From assembly GCF_006345805.1 (NCBI RefSeq), contig NC_043020.1, forward strand, positions 19,902,001 through 19,966,000: a stretch of DNA of 64,000 bases, read 5' to 3'. How positions within the stretch are numbered: the first letter of the stretch is position 1; each line of letters starts with the position of its first letter. The notes under the pieces were generated by a model. That model did not search any database, was not told the DNA's origin, and worked only from the letters and a program-made list of their open reading frames with translations. The position numbers and the translations under genes were made by a program. Of this stretch, positions 37,616-52,129 are shown in pieces. The stretch comes from Octopus sinensis (lineage: Eukaryota).

Positions 37616-37959
37616 AATATCAAGTGATGAGCGACTAACAGTATCTATTCATTACTGAGCATCTACAAGGTCGCTCGACCAACTAGAAATAGTAACCAAA
37701 TTCCCTCAAATTACTCTTCAACTGTTAAATGATTTTAACATTGTTAAAAGATTTGGCAGGCTGATAAAAACTTATCGTATGGACAAGGTGTTCGGGTTAA
37801 ATTTGACGTTTTGCTATAAAAGGAAAAGAAATCCGAATATCCCATCCAAAAATATAATTATTTTTTTAAAAATCAAAAGCTGTCAACTAGATTATGACTC
37901 AAAGTAGCCACCCTCAGCTTTCGCCATAGCCTGAAGACGGATCATGGTGCATGCGCTCC

Positions 37960-38437
37960 GCATTGTGTCCCTGGGACTAACTCGGCCTTGTTGTTGTGCA
38001 AGCAGAGCAGTTGGTGTCTTCATCAGCTGCGCCCCATACATAGTAATCCATTGGATTACAATCGGGAAACTAGGGGGCAGAAATTAAGGCTTTGTTCAAA
38101 GATGTGGGGCAACGTAATGTCACCCTCACGGAAGACCCACCCAGAGACCATCATAGTTTGGCGGGTACTTGGTTTTCATGATTTCCATGTCATGTCTTAC
38201 AACCTTTGCAGTGGTCACAGAGCATTGAGCAGCAGTCCTGATCTCGGCATGTTGGTAACTGGTGCCAATCATCATGATACAGGTAACTCTTTTTCAGGCC
38301 TTCATATAAGCTAACGTTTTTTCAACTACAACTTTAATCTTCATGCTCTCCACCGCCGTTGACTGTTCAGTAATACATGCAGCTGTTCCTGAAAATAGGA
38401 GTCACAAAAAAATCGTCAATTTAACCTGAACATCCTG
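37960..38437 (-). mobile_element. Internally deleted maT-like Tc1/mariner element
   Basis: Terminus TA-CAGGATGTTCAGGTTAAATTGACG (shares TAAATTGACG with the 6060 end); PSFPDCNPMDYYVWGA-type motif near 38020-38070. Confidence 0.65.
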
Positions 38438-38459
38438 TATGTATGTATGTATGTATGTA

Positions 38460-38469
<10 letters not shown>

Positions 38470-38490
<21 letters not shown>

Positions 38491-39115
38491 GTGGTTTTGT
38501 GTCTGTCACCCTTCACCACTTGTCAACTAGCGTTGGCTCGTTTACGTCCCCGTAACTTAGCAGTTTGACAAATGAGTTCAATAGAATAAGTACCAGACTT
38601 CAAAAAAGTAAGTACTGGGTTCGATTTGTTCGCCTAAACCCTTCAAGACGGCGCCCTGGTATGACCGCAGTCACACATGCATAGATGCATACATATGTCT
38701 TTTATATTTTAGTTTTTATCTGTTTCAGCCATTTGACTGCGGCCATGCTGGGACACCGCTTTGAAGAATTTTTAGTCGAACAAATCGACCCCAGGACTTA
38801 TTTTCTTTAAAGCCTAGTACTTATTTTATTGGTATCTTTTGCCGAACCGCTAGGTTACGACGACGTAAACATGCCAAAACCGGTTGTCATGTGGTGGTAG
38901 GAGACAAACACAGATACAAAAACACACAGGCACACTCAGACACACACACGCACATATACGCGACGGGCTCCTTTCAGTTTCCATCTACCAAATCCACTCA
39001 CGAGGCTTTGGTCAGCCCGAAGCTATAGTAGAAGACACTTGCCTAAGATGCCACGAAGTGGAACTGAACCTGGAACCATGTGGTTGAGAATAAAGTTTCT
39101 TACCACGCAGTCACA
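38470..39115. mobile_element. Two family A SINEs tail-to-tail (+ strand 3' half 38470-38672; - strand full copy 38705-39115)
   Basis: The shared 3' body occurs in opposite orientations. Confidence 0.8.
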
Positions 39116-39559
39116 AACACACTTACGTGGGTAGATACAATCAAAATGTAGAAAATAAATAACCTCCTACATGACTCGAACCCAGAATCTGTTGGTGACT
39201 GTGTAAAACAATTTAGCGAGTATATCAGTGCCATTTGTAACCAGCCAGTCACGTAGATCTCACGTAAACAGCAGAACGTATTTTCGGGTTGAAATGACAA
39301 GAAGTGAAGCCATAGAAACTCGGATTAAATAAATTATGATATTCAAACGTTGTGCAACTATTGTGTTAATTATCGAGACAGAACGAAATAGACATAGAGA
39401 GAGAGAAAAAGAGAGGGGAGAGAGAGAGAGAGAAGGGAGGAGAAAGAGGAGGATAGGGAGAGAGTGAAAGAGGTGGAAGTCGATATTGTGTGTATTTGCG
39501 TGCGCGTGTGGAAGTGTGTGTGCACGTGTGCGCGCGTATATGCGTTTGTGTGTCCTTGC

Positions 39560-39645
39560 ACAATACACATAATATACCTCTATATATGTACACACACACA
39601 TATATATATACACACACATACATATATATATACATACATATATGT

Positions 39646-39679
<34 letters not shown>

Positions 39680-39752
39680 ACATACACACATATGTACGCA
39701 TACATATATATATATGCCTCTATATATATATATTATATACATATACACACAG

Positions 39753-39793
<41 letters not shown>

Positions 39794-39929
39794 CACATAT
39801 ATACATATAGGCATAGATTTATACATATATAAGCATATATATGTGCGTATATAATAAACATATAAATATACGTGTAAAGAGAGGAGACAAAGATAGTGTG
39901 AAAGAAACTGAGATACACACACACACACT

Positions 39930-39999
<70 letters not shown>

Positions 40000-40002
40000 A
40001 AG

Positions 40003-40095
<93 letters not shown>
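39560..40095. repeat. Compound (TA)n/(CA)n/(GA)n/(AGAT)n microsatellite
   Basis: Direct reading. Confidence 0.95.
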
Positions 40096-40097
<2 letters not shown>

Positions 40098-41469
40098 GTG
40101 GTATGCAGGTAGGTAGATTGATTTCAATACGATAACCTTTGTCATAACCCAGACTAAACCTCCATATCACTACAAACCTGTGATTTAATGACACAGTGAC
40201 GTTGCGTTGTGTTAAATTGCCAAATCGTTTGTATTTCCGCTTGGGTAAACCTGAATAGGTTTCTCTTTGATCTACCGATGTCCAAGAGAATCAATGCTTC
40301 TCAGCTTTCCTCAATCCAAACCTCTTCAAGTCCTGCAATTGTTTCGGTTGGATATTTATTGTAGAGATATGGTGATGGTAGGTATGTGGGTGGTGATGTG
40401 AATTGATGGTGAAGGAAGTAAGTGACGCTGCAACAGTTTTCACGTATACGTATGAATGTTTATGTTATAAGGTAAAAGCGATTACACACCCGGACCGCAA
40501 GTTCGTTCATTAGACTCTTCGGTCTAATGTACACAGTAACAATGGGTTAAGGATGAAGTCATTTACCCATAATAAATATCTAGCATACGTCAAGTGGGAC
40601 CTTCTTGAAATTCCTGAGAAAGAAATTGGATGTAAGTCACTGGATGGAAATGAATTCGCTGCTTTAATTATGATGGTGAATAAAGTGGAGTTTCTCTGTG
40701 AGGCAGGTATTTGCAGAGCTTTTATCTGTTCTTAAATATCTAAACATAATATGGTAATATGCCTTATCTAACACTACTCCTGCAATACTGGTGCTCTATC
40801 TTTTGTTTCCCGGTTTCAAAATATGCTTTGAAAGTTAGTGCCATTGACTTTTGAACGAGTGTCTCAATTCCAGGTAACTTTTTTTTAATTTGATCATTTG
40901 CATATTCACTGCCAAGGAGAATTAATAATTTAATGAAGTGAAACAGCGTGTTTGTGGATAAAGGATAAATGTATTCAAATGCATACATCTAACGAAGATA
41001 TGTACATCTTTGTTGATAGAATAAATACATTCTTCTTGACGAATTGACAATGGCTAGTGGAATGAGTCGTTTTTTCTTTTGTTTGAAAACTAATCTAACC
41101 TTCGTCTCTAGCTGAGAATATTTTAACCAATATAAATGGTGGAAAATCTCAGTCGTTCGGCAGCAAGGATTTAGTTATTTAATCAAATGAATCACCTGCT
41201 CCTGAATTAACATAAAATGATCTAAGCATTCCACAGACATGTATACCCTTAACACAAATCTGAAGTAGAACAAGCGTGAAATAGTGTGTGACAACATCGT
41301 ATCTTTTGAATTCTAGATACAATCCACCCGACGGGCTCCTTTGCAACTTCCATCTACTCAGTTTTACTCACAAATTATGGATCAACTTGAGGTCATAGAA
41401 AGTGGCATTTTATATATATAGTCTTTGATTCAAAACTGTCCCAACCATAACTGTCCGGTACTTTTCACA

Positions 41470-42185
41470 CATACTAGGTCTGATCAATCCGGACTGTTGC
41501 CATACTAACGAAGCTAAAGCACGCAGAATGAAGCCGTTTGGCAAAGATTGACCTTGAACTCTGCTGTGCATCCGCTCTAAGCTTTAATGTTCTAGTTTAC
41601 TTCCGATGTTTACCGCAGTGCTTGGAAGAGGGGCCTACACAAAGTCGCAGAAAGTGTATAGAGAGGAGTGTATGAGCTGCACACAAGTGTACGAGTGGTT
41701 CAGACGTTTCCAAGATGGCAGAATAAATGTCGATATTGACGAACGCTTTGCGGGATCCGCAATCAGCAGAATTGAGAAAAACATCGCAGATGTGTGGGCA
41801 GCTGTGAGAGGAGAAATCGTCAAATCACTAACCGTGAGTTATCAGAGGATGTGCAGATTAGTTATGGTTCAGTTCCGTCCATTATCACTGAAGTTTTGAG
41901 TATGAGACGCGTGTCTGCCAAAACTGCTTTCAGCTGACCAAAAAGACAATCAAGTTTCAGTTGCATAAGATCTCCTTGATTGCGTCTAGAACGATGAAAA
42001 CTTCTTGAAAACTTTGCACAGGCCACTGAGCAGGTATCACCATGCTTTTGGCAAAGTTTTTGGTCAGTGTGATTATCATACGCTACACAGCTTCCTTCCA
42101 AGCACTGCTGTAAACAGCGGAATTGATCTAGAACGTTACAACTTAGTGCGCATGCACAGCAGAGTTGAAGGTCAATCTTAGCCAA
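41470..42185 (+). mobile_element. Internally deleted mariner element with long inverted repeats
   Basis: GGCAAAGATTGACCTTGAACTCTGCTGTGCAT (about 41540) inverted at about 42150-42183; VYREECMSCTQVYEWFRRFQDGRINVDIDER HTH. Confidence 0.8.
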
Positions 42186-42335
42186 GCGGTTCCCTATTAC
42201 ATGGTTCTGGGCTCACTCCCACTGAATGGGCTATTGGGCAAGTGTCTTCTACTATAGTTCTGGACCGAGCAAACTCTTAAAAGTGGATTTGATAGACGGA
42301 AACCGAAAGAAAACTAGTTGTATGTATATATGTAT

Positions 42336-42426
<91 letters not shown>

Positions 42427-42486
42427 TATATATGTATATATGGTGTGTGTTTGTGTGTGTATATAGTTGTGTGTATATATGTAATG

Positions 42487-42579
<93 letters not shown>

Positions 42580-42635
42580 TAGATGTATATATATATGTAT
42601 ATTTATCTCTCTCTGTCTATCTATCTATTTGTCTA

Positions 42636-42675
<40 letters not shown>

Positions 42676-42683
42676 CTCTGTAC

Positions 42684-42743
<60 letters not shown>

Positions 42744-42764
42744 ATATATATATTATATATATGA

Positions 42765-43022
42765 GGGTGGCTGGGTGGTGGTAAGTAGCTTACTTACCAA
42801 CCACATGGTTCCGGGTTCAGTCCCACTGGGTATCACCTTGGGCAAGTGTCTTCTACTATAGCCTCGGGCCGACCAAAGCCTTGTGAGTGGATTTGGTAGA
42901 CGGAAACCGAAAGAAACCTGTCGCATATATGTATATATATATGTGTGTTTTTGTGTATCTGTGTTTGTCCCCGCAACATCGCTTGTCAACCGATACTGAT
43001 GTATTTACGTCCCCGTATCTTA
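42765..43022 (+). mobile_element. SINE family A (5' two-thirds)
   Basis: GTGGTAAGTAGCTTACTTACCAACCACATGGTTCCGGGTTCAGTCCCACTG. Further partial copies at 42185-42310, 43810-44000, 46945-47080, 56870-57005, 57880-58045, 59400-59520. Confidence 0.88.
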
Positions 43023-43632
43023 GATATTATCTGCACAGCTCGAAGTAAGGTGAATAAAATCCAAATAAGCAACAGGATGTCAAGTAATGATGCACTACTA
43101 CTGTTTCAAGCAGTGCCATTTAATTGAACAATGCAATCATTACATCAATGCATTGCTATCTTCAGCTGTACAAATAAATAAATAGAATTTTAACTAGTCG
43201 GACACATTAATATAATGTTTCTCAAATACTTTAACAGAGCAAGAAGATGGAAGAAAATCATGTTGTCGCTTTTGTAAGAATAGACTACACTTCCAAGAAT
43301 CGCCTGAAGCCCAGTGGGGTCATAGTTTGTAAAGGATTGTACTTCATCTCTAATTCATTTATCCCTTTATCAACTACTAATTCTAAGACTAGAAGACTGT
43401 GCCTGTTTTGAATAAAGGGCAAGAGTGAGTTGATAACTCAAGGCTAGGTATTGTCATAAATATTGTCATATGTATCCCTTTTGCTAAGGGAGGAAGAAGA
43501 CAATTAGGAGTAGTACGTATGTATGTATGCATGTATGTACATATGTATGATATATATATGTGTCTATATATATTATACATGTTTGTGTATATATACATAT
43601 GTATATATATATATAATATATATTATATATAT

Positions 43633-43681
<49 letters not shown>

Positions 43682-46084
43682 TATGTATATATTATATATA
43701 TATATATACATTATGTATATATGCAAGCATGCAGTGATGTATGTATGTATGTAGGCATGTATATGTATGTATATAGTATGTATATATGTATGTATTTATT
43801 TGCACCTGTCTGTGTGTATCTTTGTGTTTGTCCCCGCATCACTTGTTGAAAAGTGGTTTGTCTTCGTTTCCATAAACTAGCAATTCAACAAAGAAGACGG
43901 AAAATACTAGTCATTAAAAATAAGTGGTCGGCTTTAAAACCCTCCAAGGCGGAGCCCCAGCTTGTCCGTAGTTCAATGGCTGAAATAGGTAAAGTTAAAG
44001 GATAAATTATCCGAAAGTTCCCCATATCCGAAAGTTTCCCGTATCCGAAAGTTCCCCATTTCGAACATTAATTATTAAGATTTATATTTAAAAATCCAGA
44101 AAAAGTCCTCGCATATTTTCTTGAATTAAACTAGTGGTTATTCTTACTTGGGGTTGATTTAGAAGAAGCTAATTGCTGCAATAAGTGGAATTCTGTTCAC
44201 CCTCATCTTGTGGCTGGGGAGAGCGGCGAATTGGAAGAATCAATAGAGCGTTAGTTAAAATTCTTTGCAGTATTATTTCCAAATTTCTTAGCTCTGATTT
44301 TGGAGATTTCTAAAAAAAAGAGTATTGATCCAAGGCAGTGAATCGGCAGATCATTTAGAGCATCGAAAAAAATGTCTTGCAGCTTTTGTTCGGACTCGTT
44401 GTGTTCTGAAGACAATGGAGGGAAAGTGAGTAAGAAGAAAAGGCAAAGAAATGTGAGAGAGAGGGAATGGAAGAGCAAAGAGTGGAATGAACGAATAAGT
44501 GTGAAAGGGCTGATAGACAGAAATAGAGTCGTACAAGATTTAGAAAAATGTGTACTTACATATACGAGACCAAAGTGTACGTACGCTGATATATTTATAT
44601 ATATATAATATATATATATATAATGTATTTTGCAAGCATAAAGTGGATTCGATCCACCACAGCCAAATTTAAATTAACACTGCAACAGAACTGTTCCCAT
44701 GGTGGAACAATGGTTTTTCTCTGACAGCAGTTTTACATTTTCCAGATGCCTTTAGCTAGGCCGAAATAATGTCTTCACCACTTGACCATTTGTAACCTGT
44801 TCTACTTCATCAAAAGCTAGAATAGAGATAACAAGACCACCAACTAAATCTATTGTTCTCAATGATATATCTATCCGTCTGGATCTTTATATAAACAAGC
44901 ACACCCCAAACAAATATCAGTTCGTCACAGTCGTGACGACTCAACGGAGTTAGTCACCTTGGTTACAAACTCGTGAGTTGAGAGAGAGCTAACATCAGTT
45001 AGTGAACTGAGCACTAGAATCATGGAGGCAGGCAGACAACACGGCCAGAGGGAAAAGAAAGACAAAGTCCCACACTCTCTCACTAGCTCCAATTCTGTTC
45101 TCTTACAACATCATTCTATCTCTCTCTCTGTATTTACTACTAAACAATGAAGGAGACACAAACACAAACTTTACTTCGCATGCTTTTGGATATATTATAA
45201 CTTGCTCGTCGAAGCAAGGTATTGTAACGTAACGGTAAATAAATACTTTCTTTAAACTTCATGCGTTGTTCATCTTTCACATCCTACAGTAAACAATTAT
45301 AACCACAAATTATTATTGTTACCACTGCCTCCACCGACATTTCATAATAATGTTTACAAATCTATTAAAACCGTTACACACACACACACACGTACGTACG
45401 TATGTATGTACGTACGTACGTATGTATGTATGTATGTATGTATGTATGTATGTATGTATGTATGTATGTATGTATATGCATATAAACATACGTAGATCCA
45501 TACGTTTTCAGTATAGAAGTTTCTACAATAAAACCAAATGTAACGGCAACATTTATCATTGAAAAACTTTCGATATGCTGATAATAAATAACTAATTCCC
45601 ATTCCTTATAAGAGAAGCTTCCCATTAGAGGGATCAGACAGCACTACAGTAAATCGCCACCAGTCAACAGATGAGAAGTTTAAAATGTCGAAATTCACTG
45701 TTGTCTTTAGAGAAAAGAATGATTTCACTGGAAAGTTTATTTGTCTAACGTGTGTATGTGTGTTGTGTGCATGCGTACGTGCGCGTGTGCGTGGATGTAT
45801 GTGTGCATGCGTACGTGTGTATGTGTGTATGTGTGTATACGTGTGAGTGCGTGTGTGCGTGTGTGATTAAGTCATTTATTTCTAAGTTTATCTCTTGTTT
45901 CACACAAGGAATGTTTCGTTTTTTTTTTTCTACGTCTTTATTTCTTTCATATAAGAATGCAAAACGGATGTTTTGGTGATTGAAATGGAAAGAAAAAAAT
46001 TCGATTATATGCAAAACATCTGCAACTGTTTATATGTGTATGTGTGTGAGTGCATGCATGTGATGTGGATGTATGAGTGTATAA

Positions 46085-46171
<87 letters not shown>

Positions 46172-46208
46172 TATATACAAACATACATACATATATATAT
46201 ACATGCAG

Positions 46209-46241
<33 letters not shown>

Positions 46242-46261
46242 ACACACACACACACACACAC

Positions 46262-46304
<43 letters not shown>

Positions 46305-46540
46305 ATTAATATATATATATAATATATATGATGTGCAGCATTATATTTACAACTAATTATTTAAGTTTCACAGTGGGGAAAAAGATATCTGACCTGTTGT
46401 CACTTTACTCGGCAATTGTCAGCCCGACTTAAAATGTTTAAAAAATTTCGGACAAGACCACTAATTTCGGTGGATTGATAGATAGATAGATAGATAGATA
46501 GATAGGTAGGTAGGTAGTGATAGATAGAGTATGTATATAG

Positions 46541-46587
<47 letters not shown>

Positions 46588-47088
46588 TGTTGTGCATTAT
46601 ACATATGTCTATTTGTATATATGTGTGTATGAACATATATATTTGTATGTATATATATAATATGTATGTGTATATAAATATATTATATATATATATATAT
46701 ATAATATATATATATATATAAGATATATATATGTATGTATGTATCATTATATATTGGGATGATCTTATTTTTGCCCAATAAACATACGCACTATATGCTC
46801 GTGCTACACTTCAGCTTTATTGTTGTTATTATTTTAGTATCCTTTGTCTGAAATCTTTCGTCACGCATTCTGTGACCTCTTCAGCAACTCTCCATCTCAC
46901 GTGTCTCTTCCTGTTTTGTTTAGTCCATTCTCAAATATATAAAAGCGCGGTTGTGTGGTGAGAAGTTTATTTCCCAACCACATGGTTCCGAGTTGGGCAA
47001 GTGTCTTCTAGTATAAACTCCGGCCGACCAAAGCCTTGTGAATGGATTTGGTAGGCGGAAACTGGAAGAACCTCGTCGTAAGTATGTT

Positions 47089-47120
<32 letters not shown>

Positions 47121-47175
47121 AGAGAGAGAGAGAGAAAGTGTGTGTGTGTGTGTATGTGTGTGTATCTGTATGTGT

Positions 47176-47251
<76 letters not shown>

Positions 47252-47662
47252 CAACTCAAGTAAACAGAGAGTCGACAAGAAAGCAGTAGACGTTATTCGA
47301 AATACGGTGCTGAACAGGTATCATCTCCATGCGTACGGACGATCCGATTCCACAGATGCGGTTTTCGCGAATAAATGAGACTTTTTCACAGGGCTCTTGA
47401 CAACTCTTCTAAGTTCCCTTGTGCTCTTGTTGCTTTACGCATAAGTATTACCATATTTTGTTAACTGAGCACCAAGAAAAAAAAATGCTTTACCCATTTA
47501 TATTAGCAAGCAACACCTGTGCATGGATAAAATCTAGGATATCAGTTATTAAAGGATATCATAGCTTTCACTGCACCACATCATCTTAGCCATGTACAGA
47601 ATCACAGAAAAACAAAGTAAATATTACTATCATTGGGTTGCAGATCTAAATTATATTAGTTT

Positions 47663-47743
<81 letters not shown>

Positions 47744-48088
47744 GGGGCGTTGTATTATGTCTGTGTATCTTACACTCTGTATGTTTATATATGTCTACGC
47801 GTGAATGTATATAGTAGTTGCGCTGATTTTATTTACGAAATGTTGTAAATTGTTTAAAATAGTATTTTTCAGGGAGCGAATTTGGGTTCCACCATATTTT
47901 GACAGCTGCAACAGCAGCAACAAAAACAACAACAGCTACAACATCGTGAACAACAACAATAACAACAGCAACAGCAACAACAACATCGTCAACAGCAACA
48001 GCACACAAATAAGAATGACGGCAGCAACTGCAACAAAATAACTGAAACAACTAAAAGAAAAGATAAAAATATGTGTGTGCGTGTGTGG

Positions 48089-48173
<85 letters not shown>

Positions 48174-48872
48174 AAACTCTATAGAATCCTAAAACTGAAC
48201 AGAATTCTTTCAACCAGTAATGAGAGCTAGTATAGAATGAGAGCTCATATTGAGTAATTTAGGAAGTAAATCATATAAAGTAGAACAGCTTCAAATGGTG
48301 AAGTGTTATACACGAAAAATGTATATACATATATATACAAGTACACATAGTGTATTATTTATTGATTTCTCACTCTGTATATATAGACACATATATACAT
48401 ACACACGTTTGCACATAGGTGCCAAAAATAGTACTCGAATTTCAAAGCTAAAGTAAGATGCTATTTTATAAAACTGAAAAATATTTAGTTACTCAGAGTT
48501 TCACGTAAGCGTTCTTTAGATAATATAAACTGGTTTTAAAAAATTACAAATTTCTTTCCTAGTCTGTATTATCACAACTGTCTGATGAACGGCTACTCTG
48601 AGTAACACTTTTCAAAGTTTTCATCGGCTTTGATAAAATAGCATATATACATAGAGATAGATAAATAGAGAGAGAGAGAGAGAGAGGAGGGGAGAGAGAG
48701 GGAAGAGAGAGAGGGGGGAGATACTGAGATATCTCTTGGTTTGCCCGTGTATGTATGCATGCGTAAACGGATATACGTGATTATATGATTGTGTAGCACT
48801 TTCTCTCTCCCTCCACACACTCTCTTTACAAAAGTATGTATGTATATGTGTGTGCATATATAGCTATAGCTA

Positions 48873-48911
<39 letters not shown>

Positions 48912-48913
48912 TG

Positions 48914-48969
<56 letters not shown>

Positions 48970-49019
48970 TATATATATTATATATATTATATATATCTAT
49001 ATATATATATATAATATGA

Positions 49020-49813
49020 AGGAATATTATTCCAAACCTACAGGGAAAATTCAATTTAAAAATACTAAATCAAATTTCACAAAATATAAATATATATAAA
49101 TTAGAAAAAAAAAAACAACCTTTTATCAATTTAAAATGAAAAATTAAATTACACCTTCTAGAAAATTACATATAATAGAAAGATTAAATATATGATAAAA
49201 AATATAATGATGATTAAGTAATGTGCAAAATAATAAATAAAACGTATATATTTGGTAGAGTATAATTTTAATTTAATATAATGTTAATTTTAATTTAATA
49301 ATGGGTAAATCCTAACCATTACATAAAATTAATGAAAATCTCAGATATATTTATGCTTATAGTAATCATCCACCTTCTGTTAAAAAATCGTTGATAAATA
49401 ATGTAGGTAAAAGAATATCATTACTTTCTTATGATTTAGAGATTTCTAATAAACATGCACCTTATTATAATAAAGCCCTGCATGAGGCAGGATACAATAA
49501 TAATAATATTAAATTATTTAATATTTGTAAACATAATTATAATTTAAAGGAGAATAATTTTAATGATTAACCTATAATGATTAACCTAATTATATGAATT
49601 ATGATAAATTTTATTTAGGTATCTATCGTCTTAATAATTTTAGGAATTTTGATGATGTAAATCATAAATTTAATAATAAAAGGAGTAATATAAATAAAAA
49701 TAAAAATAAGATAAAATTTAATTCAATTAATGAAGATAATAAATTTAATAATATTACAAATAAATATAGTAATAATAATGATAATAATAATAATAATAAT
49801 AATGATGATGATG

Positions 49814-49855
<42 letters not shown>

Positions 49856-50620
49856 TAATAATAATATAATAATAATAATAATAATAATAATATAAAAGAT
49901 AAAAATAAAAATAAAATATGGTTAATCGTTCCTTTTGGGGCTCAAGTTAAAACAAATCTTATTAAAGAGATTTTTAATATAATTGAAATATTCATTAGGG
50001 ATAATAAAAAATATAACATTTTTTCTAATGATAATTTTGGAGTTGGGTATTCAACTACTAATAAGGTTGGTAATATTATTTTTTCATGTAATATATTTAA
50101 ATTAAAGAAATCTATAAAGACAGATTAAATATTGATTCCAATAATAATAATAATAAAGACCAAGATTTAATTTATTGGACATGTAGGGATAAGACTACAT
50201 GACAATTTAATAATAATTGTAATTTAGATAATGTAGTCTATAAGTGTATGGTAACTATAATAGATGATAAGAATTTGAATTATCATAATTTAAATACTAT
50301 TTGTATAGGGTCCACTTCGAATAAAATTAAATCTAGAGTATCTCAACATATGTATTCTTTTAGGAATAAAAATCTTATAAATTCAACAGGTCTCAGTAAA
50401 TATATTTGGGACCTTAAATCTAGATCCATTAAATATGAATTAAATTGGGAGATTATTTGTAGGGCTAAATCATATTCTATAGGGAGTAATTATTGTTCAC
50501 TGTGTAATTAAGAATTTAAAGAAATATTATTTAATAATAATTATGCGTTAGTAAACTCATTGGAGGAACGTAAAATAAATGTAAACAAAATTATTAAATT
50601 AATATAATAGATTTAGCTAA
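49020..50620 (+). mobile_element. Degenerate, very AT-rich Penelope-like element of the same family as 296-1460
   Basis: YSNHPPSVKK...KRISLLS...APYYNKALHEAGYN (RT thumb), IWLIVPFGAQVKTNLIK, VVYKC..CIGSTSNKIKSRVSQH..NSTGLSKYIWDLK; 45/69 aa identical to copy 1 across the endonuclease core; several stops and frameshifts. Confidence 0.85.
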
Positions 50621-50823
50621 TAAATAAATATATATAAATTTTAAAGATATATTATTATAGTAATATAAATTTATTTTAAATATAATAGATATATATTTAG
50701 TTACTTATTATTTACACTTAAAATTATAGTAAATAGTCATTTAAAATTAAATACTATAATAATTTTATGTAATATATTAATACATTAACTTATCTTTCAG
50801 TATGTATTAAACTTATTTCGTCT

Positions 50824-50923
50824 NNNNNNNNNNNNNNNNNNNNNNNNNNNNNNNNNNNNNNNNNNNNNNNNNNNNNNNNNNNNNNNNNNNNNNNNNNNNN
50901 NNNNNNNNNNNNNNNNNNNNNNN
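50824..50923. other. Assembly gap (100 N)
   Basis: A run of exactly 100 N, typical of a scaffold join of unknown size. Confidence 0.99.
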
Positions 50924-51015
50924 ACGGCCATCCATTTATTATATGTACATATGTATATAGTTGGCTGAATTGTGGATGTGTGTGCCAGGTGCGTATTTGG
51001 TGTGGTGAACTGTGA

Positions 51016-51125
51016 GGGCGTGTGTGTATACATACATAAAGAGTGTTGGGGTGTGTGTGTGTATACATACATACATACAAGAGTGTAGGGCGTGTGTGTG
51101 TATACATAGATACATACATAAGATG
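51016..51125. repeat. Short minisatellite, about 35-bp unit x3
   Basis: GGG(C)GTGTGTGTATACATACATA(C)AAGAGTGT repeated next to the gap. Confidence 0.7.
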
Positions 51126-52129
51126 TGCGCACACGCACGTACACATTGTAAATAAGCAACGGCATGTGTGTTGAATGGCTTCTAACATTTCTCGTTCTCA
51201 GAAATGTTTATCGAAAGTAGATAGCTTCATCATCATCACAGCCTTTGTTCTCTTTTCAGGCAGCATATTTTAGAAGGTTTGTAAGTTTTCCTTGGAATAC
51301 ATCACACATTAGTTTTAGTGAGTGATTGAAATGGCATCTTAGTCATTCGTAGGGACCATGTGGTAGAATCTGACAAGAAAGCAGGTTGTAAATGTCTTGC
51401 AAGTATCGCCTGGTTTCCCGAGCACGGTAACATTGACAAAATTCAGGGTGGAGCGGGATGTCACCTAGATCGTACCTTGAGTAAAAAGGAAAATTATTTA
51501 AATCTATTAGATTTAGCAAAGTAATAGCAACGGGAGCGTAAAAACGGAGGAAGTAATCAATTGATAAGATGTAGTTGCAACAAGAATAAACCCTTGACCA
51601 CTTCCTCGGTCTGAAACAAGAAGGACGTGTTGTTAGGGATGGGAGGCGTACTTTGACACTCAAGAGTTCCAATACCGTTCGATGGGTTTGAGTGATGGAA
51701 ATGTAGCATGGTAAGAACGTTACACTTTGATATTCGGCGAACCACAGTGGGTGGGTGCTAGCCATTTCAACAAAACTTTATTACTGCTGTCATAAACGGA
51801 GCATCTTCTGGGAGTACTTTAGACCATATAGTCGATAAAACTTTTTCTTTAATTTTACTGCAATTTCTAAAGAAAGCAACACATCAGAGTTGTCTCAATA
51901 CTCTAGTTACATTACCACAAAAATATCATACTGCTTTTTTCTTTCGCATCCTCCCCAAAAAGGTGGAGGGGGTCCTTCAAACGGGTTTAAAATGAAGATT
52001 CAGCCGTCGTTCAACAAATGTCCAGCAGCCCCTGCAGCACTTAACAGTCGCCTAACAACTGGCCCACTCACGTGAATTGAACTTTATACGTCATTCAATG
52101 ACTTGGTACCGCATCATCTGAGTTAAGTT

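Noticed and set aside
51200-51900. 140-aa ORF possibly from a Penelope N-terminal region
   Set aside because: No diagnostic motif; too weak to call.
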